Part shown: in pieces, positions 10,713 to 20,559 of the stretch
Numbering within the stretch: the first letter of the stretch is position 1
Layout: each line of letters begins with the position of its first letter
DNA from: an uncultured Actinomycetota bacterium
Lineage (GTDB): Bacteria > Actinomycetota > Actinomycetes > JAHEKZ01
Reading direction: 5' to 3'
DNA length: 64,000 nt
Assembly: GCA_963743915.1 (NCBI GenBank)
Contig: CAVURN010000003.1
Location: forward strand, 256,001 to 320,000
Translations under genes and position numbers: made by a program
Notes under the pieces: generated by a model
Databases searched by the model: none
The model's input: only the letters and a program-made list of their open reading frames with translations
What the model was told of the DNA's origin: nothing

Positions 10713-11474
10713 CTAGGCACGCGTTCGTGTCTCACCACCGGTCACCTGCACCGTCTGCCCGACGATCGCAGAGACGCGCGGGTCGGCAAGGAACGCTACG
10801 GCGTCCGCGACCTCCTGCGGACGTCCGATACGCCCGACCGGGATGCCCTCGGCGTACTGCCGGTGGATCTCCGCGAGGCTCACGCCGGCGTCCCGCGCGT
10901 CCACCTCGAGCTGTGGGGTGTCGATGACACCGGGAGCGACCGCGTTCACGATGATCCCCTCCGGGGCCAGCTCGCGACCAAGCGTCTTGGTGAGCGAGAT
11001 GAGGCCGGCTTTCGATGCTGCGTACGCCGAGGCGTTCGGCCAGCCGATGACGCCCCAGTACGACGTCACGATGACGATCCGACCCCCACCCCTGCGCCGC
11101 ATCCCCGGTAGGACCGCCTGGATGAGGTGGAACGTGCCGCCGAGGTTGGTGTCGACGACCTTCCACCAGTCGTCGACGTCGTAGTCGACGAGCGGACCCA
11201 TGGACATGTACGCGTGGTTCGCGACCAGGACGTCCACCGATCCGACGGACGCCTCGAGGTCACTGACCATCGCCCCGATCGCGGCGGGGTCGCAGCAGTC
11301 GGCTGGAGCGGCCACGCCACCCGTCGCCTCGACGACGGCCACCATGCGCTCGTCGTTCGCGCGGCCGTTGACTGCCACGACCGCACCGTCGCCCGCGAGG
11401 CGCTCCGCGACCGCACGGCCGATGCCCTGCGCCGCGCCCGTCACCAGGGCGACCTTGCCGTCGAGCTGACCCAC
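10713..11474 (-). CDS. SDR family oxidoreductase
   Basis: TGAAQGIG, YAASK, VNAVAPG. Confidence 0.9.
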   Translation of the reverse strand: MGQLDGKVALVTGAAQGIGRAVAERLAGDGAVVAVNGRANDERMVAVVEATGGVAAPADCCDPAAIGAMVSDLEASVGSVDVLVANHAYMSMGPLVDYDVDDWWKVVDTNLGGTFHLIQAVLPGMRRRGGGRIVIVTSYWGVIGWPNASAYAASKAGLISLTKTLGRELAPEGIIVNAVAPGVIDTPQLEVDARDAGVSLAEIHRQYAEGIPVGRIGRPQEVADAVAFLADPRVSAIVGQTVQVTGGETRTRA

Positions 11475-12185
11475 TCAGATCACCGCCCCGGAGTTCGGCG
11501 AGATGATCTCGCCGCTGCAGAAGGTGCCGCTCTCGATCAGGAAGGCCACGGTCAGCGCGATCTCCTCCGGAGCCGCGAGGCGTCCGAGGGGAAGGGTCGC
11601 GAGGTAGGACGCGTCGCGCCACGGTGAATCGGCCGGTAGCAAGGGGGTGTCGGTCGGGCCGGGTGCGACGGCGTTGACCAGGACGCCGCTCGGCGCCACC
11701 TCGACGGCGAGACTGCGCACCAGCCCGATGACCGCTCCCTTGGCTGCCGCGTAGTGGGCGTCCTCGCTCCCGCCTCCGATGGCGAGCTCGGAGGTGATCG
11801 CCACGATCGACCCTGAGCCGCGGTCGATCATCCGCGAGAGCACCGCGCGGGAGAGGTTGAGCAGCCCTCCGACGTGGACGCGCAGCATGCGCGTCCACTG
11901 GACATCAGTGATCTGGGCGACCGGGATGATCTCGTAGTGACCTGCCGCCGAGACCACGGCGTCGACGGGGCCGAGCTCGGTCTCGACGCGCGTGATCGCG
12001 GCGTCCACCGCGCTGGAGTCGGACACGTCCGCCTCGAGACCGAGATCCCAGCCGGACGGGCGCATGTCCAGCCCCGCCACCCGCCACCCGCGGTCGGAGA
12101 GCTCGGCCGCGATGGCGGCACCGATGCCGCTCGCGGCACCGGTGACCACGGCGACACCAGGTGTCGCCTGCCGGCCGTCCGTCAT
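11475..12185 (-). CDS. SDR family oxidoreductase
   Basis: TGAASGIG, HYAAAK, VNAVAPG. Confidence 0.9.
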   Translation of the reverse strand: MTDGRQATPGVAVVTGAASGIGAAIAAELSDRGWRVAGLDMRPSGWDLGLEADVSDSSAVDAAITRVETELGPVDAVVSAAGHYEIIPVAQITDVQWTRMLRVHVGGLLNLSRAVLSRMIDRGSGSIVAITSELAIGGGSEDAHYAAAKGAVIGLVRSLAVEVAPSGVLVNAVAPGPTDTPLLPADSPWRDASYLATLPLGRLAAPEEIALTVAFLIESGTFCSGEIISPNSGAVI

Positions 12186-13672
12186 GGTGCCGACTGTTCG
12201 CCGGCAAGGTAGGTGCGCGTCTCCGCGTCGTCCTCGGGGTCGTCCACTTCGAACGTCGGGAACGTCGTCATGCGCGGACGCATCGCGGCGTAGATGACGG
12301 CACCGATGACCAGCAGTGAGCCGACGACGATGTAGATCGACCAGTTGAGCCAGTTGCCGTAGAAGTCACGCGGCCAGGCGATGTTGAGGAACTGGAAGAT
12401 CGCCCAGATCACCGCGACGACGGACAGGAACGTGCTCCAGCCGCCGAAGTTGAACGGACCCGGTTGCCACTTGCCGCGCAGCTTGATGACAAGGGCGCCG
12501 ATCAGCGGGAAGAGGAACGACAGGTAGAAGCCACCAGAAGTGAAGTTGAGCATCAATGTGTAGAAGTCGACCGCCTGCGCGCTGCTGATGAGCATCACGA
12601 CACCGATCACCGACGCCACCATCAGAGCGAAGATCGGCTGCTTCTGCCCCCTCGTCAGCCTGGCCAGCAGGTGCGGAGCGGGCAGCGCGTTGTCGCGCGC
12701 GTACGACCAGATCACCCGGGACGCCGACGTCTGCAGCGCGAGGAACGAGGCCAGGAAGCCGACAGTGAACAGCACCTCGGCGACCTTGGCGACGTCCGAG
12801 CCGAGGTGGAACACGAGCGTGTCGTAGACCAGGTCGGCGTTCGGGTCAGCGGCGATCTCCGGCGGGATCGAGAGGATGATCGCCAGCGCCGAGAACATCA
12901 CGACGATCGCGATGAACGTGATCGAGAAGATGACCGCCTTCGGCAGGTTCCGCCGCGGGTGGTGGACCTCCTCAGCGATGGAACCGGCCGACTCGAACCC
13001 GACGAACGACCAGCCCACGAACGCCATGGCGATGAGGAACGGCCCGGACAGCGACAGGTAGCCCTCAGTGGAGAAGCCGTCGGTCAGCACCGAGAAGTCG
13101 TTCTCGCGGTGGAAGAGGATCAACCACAGACCGAGCCCGAGGGAACCGACGATCTCGGCGATGATGCTGCCGGTCATCAGCACCTTCAGCACGATCCGGC
13201 CGGTGATGTTCGCGATGGTGCCGAGGATGAGGATGACGAACGCGATCATCGCCTGCTCGCCGGGGGTGACCGACCACCCGAAGACGTTGGCCACGAACCC
13301 GGCAGAGAACAGCGACACTGCCGCCATCGCGACCACCAGCGTCCACATGTAGATCCACCCGGCCATCCACCCGTACGTGGCACCCAGAAGACGCCGCGAC
13401 CACTGGTAGATCGACCCCTCGATCGGCCACCGCGAGACCAGCTCGGCGAAGACCATCGCGACGAGCAGCTGCCCGCCGAACACGATGATGAAGTTCCACC
13501 AGAACGACGGACCGGCCGTGGCGTAGGACAGTCCGAAGATCCCGTACAGCGCCACGATGGGCGAGATGAAGGCGAACGCGAACGCGAATGCCGTCCACAA
13601 CGAGAACTCACGCTTCAACCGGTGGTCGGAGTGGACGTCCTCGATGTGGCTGTCGGGGCTGACGTTCGACAT
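12182..13672 (-). CDS. APC family amino acid/amine permease
   Basis: About 12 TM segments, AELVSRWPIEGSIYQW and GFESAGSIAEE motifs. Confidence 0.9.
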   Translation of the reverse strand: MSNVSPDSHIEDVHSDHRLKREFSLWTAFAFAFAFISPIVALYGIFGLSYATAGPSFWWNFIIVFGGQLLVAMVFAELVSRWPIEGSIYQWSRRLLGATYGWMAGWIYMWTLVVAMAAVSLFSAGFVANVFGWSVTPGEQAMIAFVILILGTIANITGRIVLKVLMTGSIIAEIVGSLGLGLWLILFHRENDFSVLTDGFSTEGYLSLSGPFLIAMAFVGWSFVGFESAGSIAEEVHHPRRNLPKAVIFSITFIAIVVMFSALAIILSIPPEIAADPNADLVYDTLVFHLGSDVAKVAEVLFTVGFLASFLALQTSASRVIWSYARDNALPAPHLLARLTRGQKQPIFALMVASVIGVVMLISSAQAVDFYTLMLNFTSGGFYLSFLFPLIGALVIKLRGKWQPGPFNFGGWSTFLSVVAVIWAIFQFLNIAWPRDFYGNWLNWSIYIVVGSLLVIGAVIYAAMRPRMTTFPTFEVDDPEDDAETRTYLAGEQSAP

Positions 13673-13843
13673 GGGGCTCCTTCGGGACGGGGCGTGCCGG
13701 AACTATGTGCCCAACCACGGCCCCATCGGAAGGGTTCTGGCCCCAGGTCTGTGCACCTCACCAACTCGCCCCTGCATGCCGGTGGCCACGTGCACAACGG
13801 TGCTCGTTCCGGCCCTTGGCCCAGAAGGACTAGCCTCCCGAAG

Positions 13844-15274
13844 GTGGAGCATGCAGCCAAGGACGACGGCGTCCTGACCGTGCGTCAGCTGCTCGAGGAC
13901 GACAGTCTCGGCCTGACGCTGCTGACCGGGGCGGAGGCGCTGACGCGTCCGGTGCGGTGGGCGCACTCGACCGAGCTGCTCGATCCCCGGCCTTACCTCC
14001 GCGGGCACGAGATCGTGCTGACGGTCGGCTCCGCACTCACCGACGACGAGGCCTGCCGGACCCTCGTGAGCAACCTGACCAGTGCGGACGCGAGCGCGCT
14101 CGGCTTCGGTCTCGGTGACGTCGTCGAGGAGGTGCCCCCCGCGCTCGTCGAGGCGTGCCGTGAGGCGGGGCTGCCCTTGGTCACCGTGCCCCGCGGCATC
14201 CCGTTCCTGGCCTTCACCGAGCTGCTCGCCGACCGACGGGCCGAGGTGGCGACCGCGCGTGACCGGCAGCTGCAGCGCGTGGTCGCGACCCTGCTCCACG
14301 ACATCTCGGCCGGGCGCGCGCTGCCCGAGCTGCTGACGCACGTCGACGACGCCCTCGGCGGGCATGTCACGGTCGAGGACTCCACCGCGTCCGCGGTCCT
14401 CCCACCCCCGGGCACCGAGGTGCGGGCGTCCCTGCCCAGCGGCGGCACCCTGGTGTGGCGCGGACGTCCCGACAAGGACGTTCCCCCCGACGCCGATGCC
14501 CTGTCACATCTCGCGCAGGTGCTGGATGTGCGGCGTCACGAAGTGGACGTCGAACGTGCGCACGACCGCGTCGACTCCGGCCGACTCCTACGCCTGGTGG
14601 CGTCGGGCCGCGCCGACCTCGACACACTCGACGAGCTGCTGCGAACCTTCGGTCTCGATACGGGCCCGATCACCCCGGTGTGCTGGCCCCGCGCTGCCGC
14701 ACCACTGATCGCCCGGCACCTGCCGGATGCTCTCCTGACCGAGATGACATGGGACGACGACACCGAGGTGGCCGTCGCACTCGTCGGCGACCCGAAGGAA
14801 GTGCGGGACGTCTCGCTCGCCCACCGCCTGCCGTGCGGCATCGGCAGCGCGGTCGACCCCGCCGGGTTGCGGCACGCGGTCCCGGAGTCGGTGGCCGCAC
14901 TGTCGCTCGCCGAGCGCTGGGGGCGTCCGGCCACCGGTGCCGACCTGACCACGTTCGAGGGCCTGCTGGAGCAGCAGCCCTCGGAGCGTCTGCTGCCCTT
15001 CGTGCAGTCACTCGTGCTGCCGCTGACCGAGCACGATCGGCAGCACGGCACACAGCTGCTTCCCACGCTGCGCGCCTACCTCGTCGGTGAGGGCGGCGTG
15101 AACGCCACGGCCCGCGAGCTCTTCCTGCACCCGAACTCGCTGCGCCACCGGCTGGCGCGCATCACCGAGCTGACCGGTCGCAACCCGCTGGTGTTCGACG
15201 ACCGGGTGGCGCTGGCGGTGGGACTCTGGGCATGGGACCGCGGACGTGCCCGCGGAGTCACGGCGTCCCGCTGA
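13844..15274 (+). CDS. PucR family transcriptional regulator
   Basis: N-terminal VRWAHSTEL.DP..YL.G.E.VLT PucR ligand-binding domain; C-terminal TARELFLHPNSLRHRL HTH; TAGCCT 7 nt before GTG. Confidence 0.9.
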   Translation: MEHAAKDDGVLTVRQLLEDDSLGLTLLTGAEALTRPVRWAHSTELLDPRPYLRGHEIVLTVGSALTDDEACRTLVSNLTSADASALGFGLGDVVEEVPPALVEACREAGLPLVTVPRGIPFLAFTELLADRRAEVATARDRQLQRVVATLLHDISAGRALPELLTHVDDALGGHVTVEDSTASAVLPPPGTEVRASLPSGGTLVWRGRPDKDVPPDADALSHLAQVLDVRRHEVDVERAHDRVDSGRLLRLVASGRADLDTLDELLRTFGLDTGPITPVCWPRAAAPLIARHLPDALLTEMTWDDDTEVAVALVGDPKEVRDVSLAHRLPCGIGSAVDPAGLRHAVPESVAALSLAERWGRPATGADLTTFEGLLEQQPSERLLPFVQSLVLPLTEHDRQHGTQLLPTLRAYLVGEGGVNATARELFLHPNSLRHRLARITELTGRNPLVFDDRVALAVGLWAWDRGRARGVTASR

Positions 15275-15312
15275 CCCCTGCGATCGGAGACGAGTCAACG
15301 CCCCGCGGGGGT

Positions 15313-15356
15313 TTGGGTGCGGAAAGTGGGGTCCTGGCACCACTTTGTGCACCCAA
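15313..15356. repeat. Imperfect palindrome with family A-like ends between convergent genes
   Basis: TTGGGTGCGGAAAGTGG...CCACTTTGTGCACCCAA. Confidence 0.55.
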
Positions 15357-15374
15357 CCCGCCAGAGTGGAGGCG

Positions 15375-15405
15375 CTGCGGCGTGACCGTGGCGGTCCGGC
15401 GTAGA
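15375..15405 (+). repeat. Repeat family B, half copy
   Basis: CTGCGGCGTGACCGTGGCGGTCCGGCGTAGA, 29/31 identical to 8791-8821. Confidence 0.8.
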
Positions 15406-15407
15406 AA

Positions 15408-16406
15408 TCAGGGACGGACGAGGGTGCGGCCGGTGTTGGCGCCGGCGAGCACGTCGTCCAAAGCAGCGGGCAACTGGTCCAACGACACCTCGCGCGAGCC
15501 GATGTCGTCCAGCCCCCGCGGGCGCAGATCGGTGGCGATCCGCTGCCAGACCGCGCGCCGCTGCTCGATCGGCATCTGCACTGAGTCGACGCCCAGCAGC
15601 GCGACGCCGCGCAGGATGAACGGGAACACCGTCGTCTCCAGCCCGATCCCGCCGGTGTTGCCGGACGCGGCAACGGCGCCGCCGTACTTCAGCGTCCGCA
15701 GGATGTACGGCAGCGTCGACGCGCCCACGCAGTCGACCGCGCCCGCCCAACGCTCACGGTCGAGCGGCTTGCCGGGACCGGACGTCTCGTCGCGCCCGAG
15801 GATCTCGGCCGCGCCCAGCTCCTTCAGGAACCCTTCGGCGTCCGCCTTGCCGGTGGACGCGGCCACCTCGTACCCGCGCTCGGCGAGGATGCCGACCGCC
15901 ACCGAGCCCACGCCGCCGGTCGCGCCGGTCACCAGCACCGGACCGTCAGCCGGAGTGAGGCCGCGCTGCTCCAGCGCATGCACCGACAGCGCCGCGGTGA
16001 ACCCGGCCGTTCCGATGACCATGGCCTGCCGCGTCGTCAGCCCAGCGGGCAGCGGCACCAGCCACTCCGACGGCACGCGCGCGTACTGCGTGAAGCCACC
16101 GTGATGGGCGACGCCGAGGTCGTAGCCGTGCGCGATCACCTCGCTGCCGACCGCGAGCCCGGACGTGCCGGGCTCGACGATCTCGCCGGCGAGATCGACA
16201 CCCGGGATGATCGGGTCGATCCGCGCGACCTTGCCGTTCGCCGTCGAGGCAAGCCCGTCCTTGTAGTTGACGCCGGACCAGTGCACGCGGATCACCGCGT
16301 CGCCGTCGCCGAGGTCGTCGACCGTGAGCTGCCGCACCTCGCGGACAACGATGTCGCCGTCGCGCTGCACGATGAGGGCGGAGAAGGTGGCGGGAACGCT
16401 CGACAT
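15408..16406 (-). CDS. acuI: YhdH/AcuI family MDR oxidoreductase (acryloyl-CoA reductase-like)
   Basis: SGVNYKDGL, PGVDLAG, HHGGFTQYARV, IGTAGFTAAL, VTGATGGVGS, FPFILRGVALLGVDSV. Confidence 0.85.
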   Translation of the reverse strand: MSSVPATFSALIVQRDGDIVVREVRQLTVDDLGDGDAVIRVHWSGVNYKDGLASTANGKVARIDPIIPGVDLAGEIVEPGTSGLAVGSEVIAHGYDLGVAHHGGFTQYARVPSEWLVPLPAGLTTRQAMVIGTAGFTAALSVHALEQRGLTPADGPVLVTGATGGVGSVAVGILAERGYEVAASTGKADAEGFLKELGAAEILGRDETSGPGKPLDRERWAGAVDCVGASTLPYILRTLKYGGAVAASGNTGGIGLETTVFPFILRGVALLGVDSVQMPIEQRRAVWQRIATDLRPRGLDDIGSREVSLDQLPAALDDVLAGANTGRTLVRP

Positions 16407-16548
16407 CAAGAGACTCCAAGGCTCGGGGACCTGCCCATCCTCACCGAACCCGACCCGCGCGCCAACACACAGAGTGTCGCGTCATCGGTGCGACGTCGCG
16501 ACACATTGCCGCTGTCCGACGTGCATGCGCACCGACCACCCTTGCTGG

Positions 16549-18696
16549 ATGGACGCCACAGCCAGCACGCACGAGCGGATGACCGCGACGCTGCGGCCAC
16601 TCTCGATCGCCGTCGTCGGCGCCAGCCCCCGCTCGTTCGCCGGACAGGTCGTCCAGCAGAACTGCGCGGCGCACCGGTACGAGGGACTGATCGTCCCGGT
16701 CAACGGCAAGTACGCCGAGATCGCCGGCATTCCCACCATCGCGACGCTGAGCGAGCTCGACACCGCCCCGGATGCGGTGGTCGCCCTCGTCGGGACGTCC
16801 CGCGTCCAGGCGATCGCCGAGGAGGCCGCGGCCATCGGGGCGGGTGCTGTGATCGTGCCGGGTGGAGGTTTCACCGACTCCGGTGGGGCGGCGAACGACC
16901 TGGCCGCGTCCCTGTCGACCCTCGCGGACGTCACCGGCATCTCCATCGTCGGACCCAACTGCATGGGCGTCGTCGACCTGGTCAGCGGAGCCATGCCCTA
17001 CATCGGCACCGTCCCCACGGACGTGCGCCGCGGTCGAGTCGCCGCGATCGCGCAGAGCGGTGCAGTGATCGAGGCGTTGGTGAACTGCGGTGGACGCGTC
17101 CCGTTCTCCACGCTGGTCAGCAGCGGCGGCGAGGCCGTCACGACCACGGGGGACTACCTGCGCTTCTTCGCCGCCGACCCCGAGACCGACGCGGTCCTCG
17201 TCTTCATCGAGGGATTCGTCGACGCTCAGGACGTCCTCGCCGCCGCGCGCGAGGTCGCCGAGGCCGGCAAGACCGTCGCTGCGTGCTTCGTGGGTCGCTC
17301 AGCCAAGGCACGCGACGGCATCCTCGCCCACTCCGGCAAGCTGGCACCGAGCGCTCGCGTCACCGCCGCCGCGCTGCGTCAGGCCGGCGTGGTGCTCGCC
17401 GACGACCTCGACGAGCTCATCACCCTGGGCGAGATCTTCGGCACCGGACGCCACGTGCGTGGAACTCGCACCCATGTCGTCACCAACTCCGGTGGAGAGG
17501 CGAACCTGCTCTCCGACCTCGCCGAGGACGCCGGCCTCGAGCTGCCCGACCTGACCGGGGCCGCCACGTCGCTCCTCGCAGCCCGGTGGCCGGCCTTCCA
17601 CACCGCGAACCCGCTCGACCCCTGGGGGGTCGACGACTACCCGGCGGTCTACCCCGTGGCGATCGATGCCGTCGCCCGCGAGGACGGCGACATCGTCATC
17701 GTGTCGCAGGACCAGCAGGCGACCGCCGGTGACTACGAACGACAGCTGGGGCTCGACCTGGCGCAGTACCTGGTCGACGCCACTGCCGGTCGCGGTGCGT
17801 TTCCGGTGCTGCTGAGCCCGACCAGTCAGGACCCGGACCCAAGACTGACCGACCTCTGCCGCGCGCACGACGTCGCGCTGCTGCGCGGCGCGCGCGGTGC
17901 GTTGCGCGCACTCGGTTCGCTCGCGCGTCGAACGCCTCCGACACGCGTCGTCCACCGCACGCCGCCACGCATCGCAGCGATCGTCGACGGCCTAGAGCTC
18001 ACGGAGGACGTGGCACTCGACATCCTCGGCGACTGCGGCGTCCAGACGCCGCGGCAGTTGCGCGTGGCGACGCCGGAAGCGGCCGTCGCGGCGGCCGCCC
18101 AGCTCGGTGGCCCGGTGGTCGTCAAGGCTGTCGCCGACGGGCTGCTGCACAAGAGCGACCTCGGCCTCGTCGTCACGAACGTCGTCAGTGCCGACGCCGT
18201 ACAGCTCGCCGCCCGCGAGGTGCTGTGTGCGGCGTCCACCGCCGGTCTGTCCGTCGAGCTGCTCGTCGTCGAGCAGATCACCGGAACGCTGGACGTCGTC
18301 GTCGGCTACAAGCGCGACCCGCAGTTCGGCCCCACGACGGTCGTCGGACTCGGCGGCGTCTGGGCCGAGATGCTGGACGCGGTCAGCGTGCACGTCGGAC
18401 CGCTCGACCTCGACGGTGCGCACCAGCTGCTCAGCGACAGCCAGGTCGGCCGCATGATGCGCGAGGCCCGTGGGGGCGTACTCGACGTCGACGCGGTGGC
18501 GCGCGCTCTGGTCGCCGTCACCGACATCGGTCTGGCCCACCCCGAAGTCGTCGGCATCGACGTCAACCCGATCATCGTCAGCCGCGACCGCGCCGTCGCC
18601 GTGGACGCCGTCATCGAGCGGGCGACCACCCCCGAGCCGCACCACCCCGTCGCACCCGCGACATCCATCACCCTCACCCAAGGAGCAACACCGTGA
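16549..18696 (+). CDS. ADP-forming acyl-CoA ligase (acetate--CoA ligase family, fused CoA-binding and ATP-grasp domains)
   Basis: [27 protein letters not shown] (phospho-His), [29 protein letters not shown]. Start uncertain. Confidence 0.88.
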   Translation: MDATASTHERMTATLRPLSIAVVGASPRSFAGQVVQQNCAAHRYEGLIVPVNGKYAEIAGIPTIATLSELDTAPDAVVALVGTSRVQAIAEEAAAIGAGAVIVPGGGFTDSGGAANDLAASLSTLADVTGISIVGPNCMGVVDLVSGAMPYIGTVPTDVRRGRVAAIAQSGAVIEALVNCGGRVPFSTLVSSGGEAVTTTGDYLRFFAADPETDAVLVFIEGFVDAQDVLAAAREVAEAGKTVAACFVGRSAKARDGILAHSGKLAPSARVTAAALRQAGVVLADDLDELITLGEIFGTGRHVRGTRTHVVTNSGGEANLLSDLAEDAGLELPDLTGAATSLLAARWPAFHTANPLDPWGVDDYPAVYPVAIDAVAREDGDIVIVSQDQQATAGDYERQLGLDLAQYLVDATAGRGAFPVLLSPTSQDPDPRLTDLCRAHDVALLRGARGALRALGSLARRTPPTRVVHRTPPRIAAIVDGLELTEDVALDILGDCGVQTPRQLRVATPEAAVAAAAQLGGPVVVKAVADGLLHKSDLGLVVTNVVSADAVQLAAREVLCAASTAGLSVELLVVEQITGTLDVVVGYKRDPQFGPTTVVGLGGVWAEMLDAVSVHVGPLDLDGAHQLLSDSQVGRMMREARGGVLDVDAVARALVAVTDIGLAHPEVVGIDVNPIIVSRDRAVAVDAVIERATTPEPHHPVAPATSITLTQGATP

Positions 18697-19097
18697 CCAG
18701 CGAGATCACCTCCACCTTGCGTATCCGCATCGGGCAGGAGGAGGCGCACTACGGCGGCAACCTCGTCGAGGGTGCGCGCATGCTCAAGCTCTTCGGCGAC
18801 ATCATCACCGAGATCGCGGTCATCACCGACGGGGACGAGGGCCTGTTCGTGGGCTACTCGGACATCGAGTTCACCGCGCCGGTGTACGCCGGGGACTTCA
18901 TCGAGGCGACCGGCCGGGTCGTGAAGATCGGTAACACCAGCCGCACGGTCGAGTTCGAGGCGCGCAAGGTGATCGCATCGCGCTACGACCTCACCCCCAG
19001 TGCGGCGGACGTGCTGAAGGAGCCCGTCGTCGTCTGCCGCGCCACCGGCACGACGGTGATCCCCCGGGAGCACAGCCGCAAGAACCCCGACGCCTGA
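18693..19097 (+). CDS. kal: Hotdog-fold aminoacyl-CoA ammonia-lyase (Kal / beta-alanyl-CoA ammonia-lyase family)
   Basis: [61 protein letters not shown]; AAGGAG RBS; GTGA overlap with the ligase stop. Confidence 0.85.
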   Translation: MTSEITSTLRIRIGQEEAHYGGNLVEGARMLKLFGDIITEIAVITDGDEGLFVGYSDIEFTAPVYAGDFIEATGRVVKIGNTSRTVEFEARKVIASRYDLTPSAADVLKEPVVVCRATGTTVIPREHSRKNPDA

Positions 19098-19222
19098 CCC
19101 AGGAGCGACGCATCCACCCACCCCGGTGGAACACGTTCCCCGTTCATCCAGTGGACAACCACCGGGCCGGACCATCGTTCGTTGTGCTTGACTCTCCCCG
19201 ACCGACTCAGCCGGGAGGGACC

Positions 19223-19708
19223 ATGAGCACCGTCGTCGTCGTCACCACGCATGCGCTGTCGTCGGAGGACGCAGCTGAGCTGATCGATGTCGCCGGGGGA
19301 GAGGCCGCGGATGCCTCGTTCTACGTCGCGGTCCCCGAGGAACCCACGTCCGCTTCCATGGACGCGGTGCTGACCGACTGGGAGCTGGGAGTCACGGCCG
19401 GCAAGGGTGCTGCCCAGGCTGCCGTCCCCGAACGCCTCGAGAACCCGGCCGCGGCCGCGGAGCATGACGCCAAGCTGGTGCTCGACACCTCGGTCGACGC
19501 GCTGCGGACGGCCGGCGCGCAGGCAGAGGGCATCGTCACGCCGCACCACCCGCTCGACTCGATCGGAGATCTCGTCGCCCACCACGCACCCGACGAGGTC
19601 GTCGTCATGGTCCGTCACCACCATCTCAGCGAACTGACCGCGTCCGACCTCGCCGCCAGGATCCGCCGCAGCTTCAAGGTCGAGACCCTGCGGGTCAAGT
19701 CCCACTAG
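19223..19708 (+). CDS. Conserved actinobacterial hypothetical protein (universal-stress-protein-like fold)
   Basis: GGAGGG RBS, coding-like codon use, A.G.V...P...I......DEVVV pattern. Confidence 0.6.
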   Translation: MSTVVVVTTHALSSEDAAELIDVAGGEAADASFYVAVPEEPTSASMDAVLTDWELGVTAGKGAAQAAVPERLENPAAAAEHDAKLVLDTSVDALRTAGAQAEGIVTPHHPLDSIGDLVAHHAPDEVVVMVRHHHLSELTASDLAARIRRSFKVETLRVKSH

Positions 19709-20505
19709 AGGCTGAGCAGCTCCTCGAGCACAAGGGCGACGCCGTCGTCCTCGATCGAAGGAGCGTGCACGTCGGCAGCGGCCAGGACCATCGGGTGCGC
19801 GTTGCCCACCGCGTAACCGGTTCCCGCCCAACGCAGCATCTCGACGTCGTTCGGCATGTCGCCGAAGGCAACCACCTCGTCCTGGGCGATCCCCCACCGC
19901 TGCGCGAGCAGCGCCAGTGTCGTCCCCTTGGTGACGCCGAGCGCACTCAGCTCGAGGAGGGAGTCGTTGACGTCGGAGTGCGTCACCTCGACAACGCCGG
20001 ACAGCGCGGGGGCGGCAAGCTCGAGCATCACGTCGCCGGGCAGCACCTCGTCACGCACGAGCAGCTTGGCGATGTCGTCGGTCAGCAACCCGTGAATCGG
20101 ACCGGTCGTCGTCGGCTCGTGAACGTCCCAGCGTGGCCGGTAGGTCGGTTCGTAGCTGAACCCCGACAGCGACTCGACGGCGAACGCCGAGTTCGGCAGC
20201 ACCTCCCGCACCCGGTCGACCGCGTCAGCCGCGAGCGCACCGGACATGCCGAACAGCTCCAGCACCGCCTCGTCAGCCATGTCGTAGATGAAGGCCCCGT
20301 TGCCACAGATGCCGACGCCTGCGTGACCGGTCGCCTCCGCCACCTCGGGCATCCAGCGGGGTGGGCGTCCGGTGACGAAGACGATCCGGATGTCGTCCTC
20401 CAGCGCCGCGGCGAACGCCTCGAGCACGCGCTCGGACACCGAGCCGTCATGACGCACGATGGTGCCGTCGAGGTCGGTGGCGATCAGCCGGGGGCGCGGG
20501 TTCAC
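19705..20505 (-). CDS. Cof-type HAD-IIB hydrolase
   Basis: IATDLDGT, VTGR, CGNGA, VTKG, AFGDMPND. Confidence 0.9.
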   Translation of the reverse strand: MNPRPRLIATDLDGTIVRHDGSVSERVLEAFAAALEDDIRIVFVTGRPPRWMPEVAEATGHAGVGICGNGAFIYDMADEAVLELFGMSGALAADAVDRVREVLPNSAFAVESLSGFSYEPTYRPRWDVHEPTTTGPIHGLLTDDIAKLLVRDEVLPGDVMLELAAPALSGVVEVTHSDVNDSLLELSALGVTKGTTLALLAQRWGIAQDEVVAFGDMPNDVEMLRWAGTGYAVGNAHPMVLAAADVHAPSIEDDGVALVLEELLSL

Positions 20506-20559
20506 CTGACCATCATCGCTGGTCGTCGCTAAGGTGCCACCACACGGAAGGGGATCGGC

